DNA of 42,066 nt from Spirogloea muscicola. Taxonomy: Eukaryota. The position numbers and the translations under genes were made by a program. The stretch is from assembly GCA_009602725.1 (NCBI GenBank), contig WELB01000011.1, positions 409,959-452,024 of the forward strand. The letters are read 5' to 3'. The stretch's first letter is position 1. Every line of letters starts with the position of its first letter. The notes beneath the pieces were generated by a model. It was given only the letters and a program-made list of their open reading frames with translations. It did no database searches and had not been told where the DNA came from. This document shows, one piece after another, positions 39,253-42,066 of the stretch.

Positions 39253-42066
39253 TTACACTTCCACAACCCAACCCATGTGGTCCTGGGACTTGCCAAGCTG
39301 CAAGTCCGTGAGCGCCGTGTAGAGCTCTTGGGAGACAGGACCAACCCCTCCACCACCATAATGCACACTGCCAAGAAACATGTACTCCAAGCGAGTCAGC
39401 AGCTGCTACACATCATGAGCAGGCAATATTCTAATCTGCACTTTGTGAATTACTCAATATGTGCTTATATACAAGGAGGCTACATAGTCAAAGGCGAAAC
39501 CTGAGCATTGCTTCTGAGCCCTTGACATGTGTCACTTACACATCATCTTTAAAGCTGACGCTGCCAACGGGGGATACAACCACAGCAGTGCCCGTGCAAA
39601 AGACCTCATCAGCCGCCAGCAGCTCGTCAACCGCTATCGGCTTCTCTGCAACCTGTTGCATGTTCACAATCCAAATGACTTAGTCGCGGTACTGCGCACT
39701 AATGGATGTCCGAAGGTAGTGTCACTTTATGGTTCTCAATCAAGCAGGGAATTGGAAGGTCCTATGTATGCAGCTGGTGGCAGGTCAACACTGGCCAGCT
39801 TGCCAGTGTGCACCTTGTAGCCGCGGCTGCTGGCAAGCTCCAGAATGCTCTTCCTCGTGATGCCAGGCAGGATCGTGCCTTTCACTAGGTCAGGCGTGGC
39901 AACCTCCCCATCCTGCCAGATGTCCAACTAGTGTTATGGAGCTTCTTCCACCCCCACCTCCTTGAGGTTTGCCACTGTCAGTGATGTAATGCCACTCTGC
40001 ATGACTGAGGACTGTCACAGAGGTCCTACTATAGACCCTCCTGAACCCTAACACCCTTAGTGCTCAGTACTTGCCACCATCAGGGTAACATACGGCCACC
40101 CTGGATATTTAAGAGCTTTCAAGGTAGTCTTACAATGGACTCTGGACCCTAAAATCCTGAACATCAATAAAGATTAACGTGGTGATCTTCAATACGTATT
40201 AATCAAGCTCAGTGGCTGACTGACTTGTGAGTACCTTCACAACAAAGATGTTGCAAGAAGAGACCTCCTCAATGTACCTATTCTCCACAACATCCAGGTA
40301 GACCACATCTGAAAAGCCCTTGGCCTTGGCCTCCAGCTGGGTCTTCAGGACCTGGCAGAATGACCAGCAACTGTCTCAGTCCAGTCTGACCTCATGCAAA
40401 ACTTGCTCTGCTTCTATGAAGGCTGCCACTTGGGCTACAGCACCACGCTCAAGCTAAGAACGACTCAACTGGAGCGTAATTGCCGATAGTCTTGGCGGCG
40501 CCGGTGCCGCCGGGCGCGGCCCGGTGGTATGTCTCCTCCACCTTGAGGTCGATGGGTGTCAGGCTCCCACCCTATGATGGCATCCACACACAGACTGCCT
40601 CAGCACCCCAAGAAACGATGACTGACCACAACAGCAACAGGAGCAGCAGCCTCACTACTTCCAGCCAATGTGCTCAGGGGAAGAGGCTAATGAGAAGAGC
40701 ACTAGGGGCTGAGCTCCACGGGATCGACAAGCGAGGCTCACCCGAAAGTAGTTGCCTACAGGGGAGCAGTACACGAGGAAGGTGTACTCAGGCGCAGGGC
40801 CGAGGCCCAAGATGGGACCACTTCCAATCAACAATGGCCGAACATACAGTGAGCCCTTGCCCGGCGGCGGTACCTGCACCGTTGGTCGGCTACATCAGTT
40901 GGTCGGCGCGATCGATTAACTGGTCAGATTGCTCTGCTTTTCGCCAGTCTCCTCAGACACGCAAGCTGGCACTCAATCAAGTAGTTGAGCTTAGCAGCCA
41001 AGATAGATGGCCGCTCGTAAGGGCCAGCCTGTCCTACCCATCGCTCGTTGGCCCGAATAGTTTGCCTGACAGCCTCCACAAAGGCGTCCACAGATGGCGC
41101 AGGCATGCTCATGCGGTTGGCACTTGCGATCATGCGCTCCGCGTTCTGATCGGGCCGGAAAGTGAGCAACCGCCCATCGGCCGCGCGGTACGCCTTGAGA
41201 CCCTCGAAGACGCCCTGCAGCTAGACAAAAGTATTTGGTCGCTCGTCATCGCTATTGTCACTATGGTTCTTTGAACAGAAGAAGGCCAGCAGCAGCAGCA
41301 GAGAGAAGAGAGGGTGTCAGGAGGAGAATAGCGCCGCCAGTCTCGAGCAGCTGCCACACCTGACCATAATTGAGCACGCCGGCGGACGGGCTGAGCTCCA
41401 GGTTGCCAAAGGGCAGTAGCCAGCCGGGCTGCCACTCGCTGCCGCGCTTGCACGTCATCGAGAACATGGCGTCCGTGGCGATCAGACCGAACTCAATGTG
41501 ATCCCAGTCGATGGTCGCCAACGGCATTACGTTGTCCGCCTTGTCGCTGCAGTGGCGACACCGGCAGACGACGGCCTGAAGCTACCACCCAAAAGTTCTC
41601 TTATCAACTCACAACAAAGCACTTCAGGAGAATGCTGGCCATAAACGGTGCAACTAGATAGCGGCGCACCTCTGAGGAGCCGCCACGGCGGCCTCGACGG
41701 CAGCCACTGGCCGCCTCCGGGGAGCCTCATGGACCTGAACAGTGCAACCATGGGCAGTTGTGGGGCTCCCGCTGCAACGACCACGGGCAGTAGCAGAGGT
41801 GCAAGGGCGATAGCGGTGGGCGACGGCTACGACCAGACTTACTCAACGGCAGCGCGGCCAACAGCGAACCGCGGCGGCCTTCGTCTCGGAGGCAGCATTC
41901 ACCTGTGCAGGGCTCCGAAGGCTCCCGGCGGAGGAGGGCGACGAGCCGCGAAGCGGGCCGGGCGCAGCGCGCGCCCGAAGTCGGCGTGGCGCGAGCCTGA
42001 CGGGGCCGTCGCCGGAGGCGGCGGCGGTGGCGGCGGCGGTGGTGGCCTCGAACGCGGCGCCGAGGC
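39253..42066 (-). CDS. BCAT: Branched-chain amino acid aminotransferase, 5' end beyond window
   Basis: [105 protein letters not shown] (stop 39253-39255). Confidence 0.95.

Overview
Eukaryotic, intron-rich nuclear DNA. The gene set (NCL exchanger, intronless MAPKKK, plastid-type IGPS and BCAT, cyanobacterial-type MinC) suggests a green plant, probably a streptophyte alga or bryophyte (inference). Genes: Na+/Ca2+ exchanger-like NCL (+), MAPKKK (-, 5' end in a gap), malic enzyme (-), tRNA-Val(AAC), a spliced MinC-domain gene probably continuing into a multi-TM domain (-), IGPS (+) and BCAT (-, runs off the window). The intergenic blocks (1-4000, 11460-19000, 26350-29500) hold dozens of stacked, mostly 5'-truncated fragments of restriction-like-endonuclease (CRE-like) non-LTR retrotransposons. 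At least six subfamilies have different 3' UTRs but share an ORF terminus 'SDLxxLTRGY*' and pyrimidine-rich rather than poly(A) tails; four also share a GGGCTGG..CCAGCCC hairpin. There are two assembly gaps. Exon coordinates were read by eye and are approximate.
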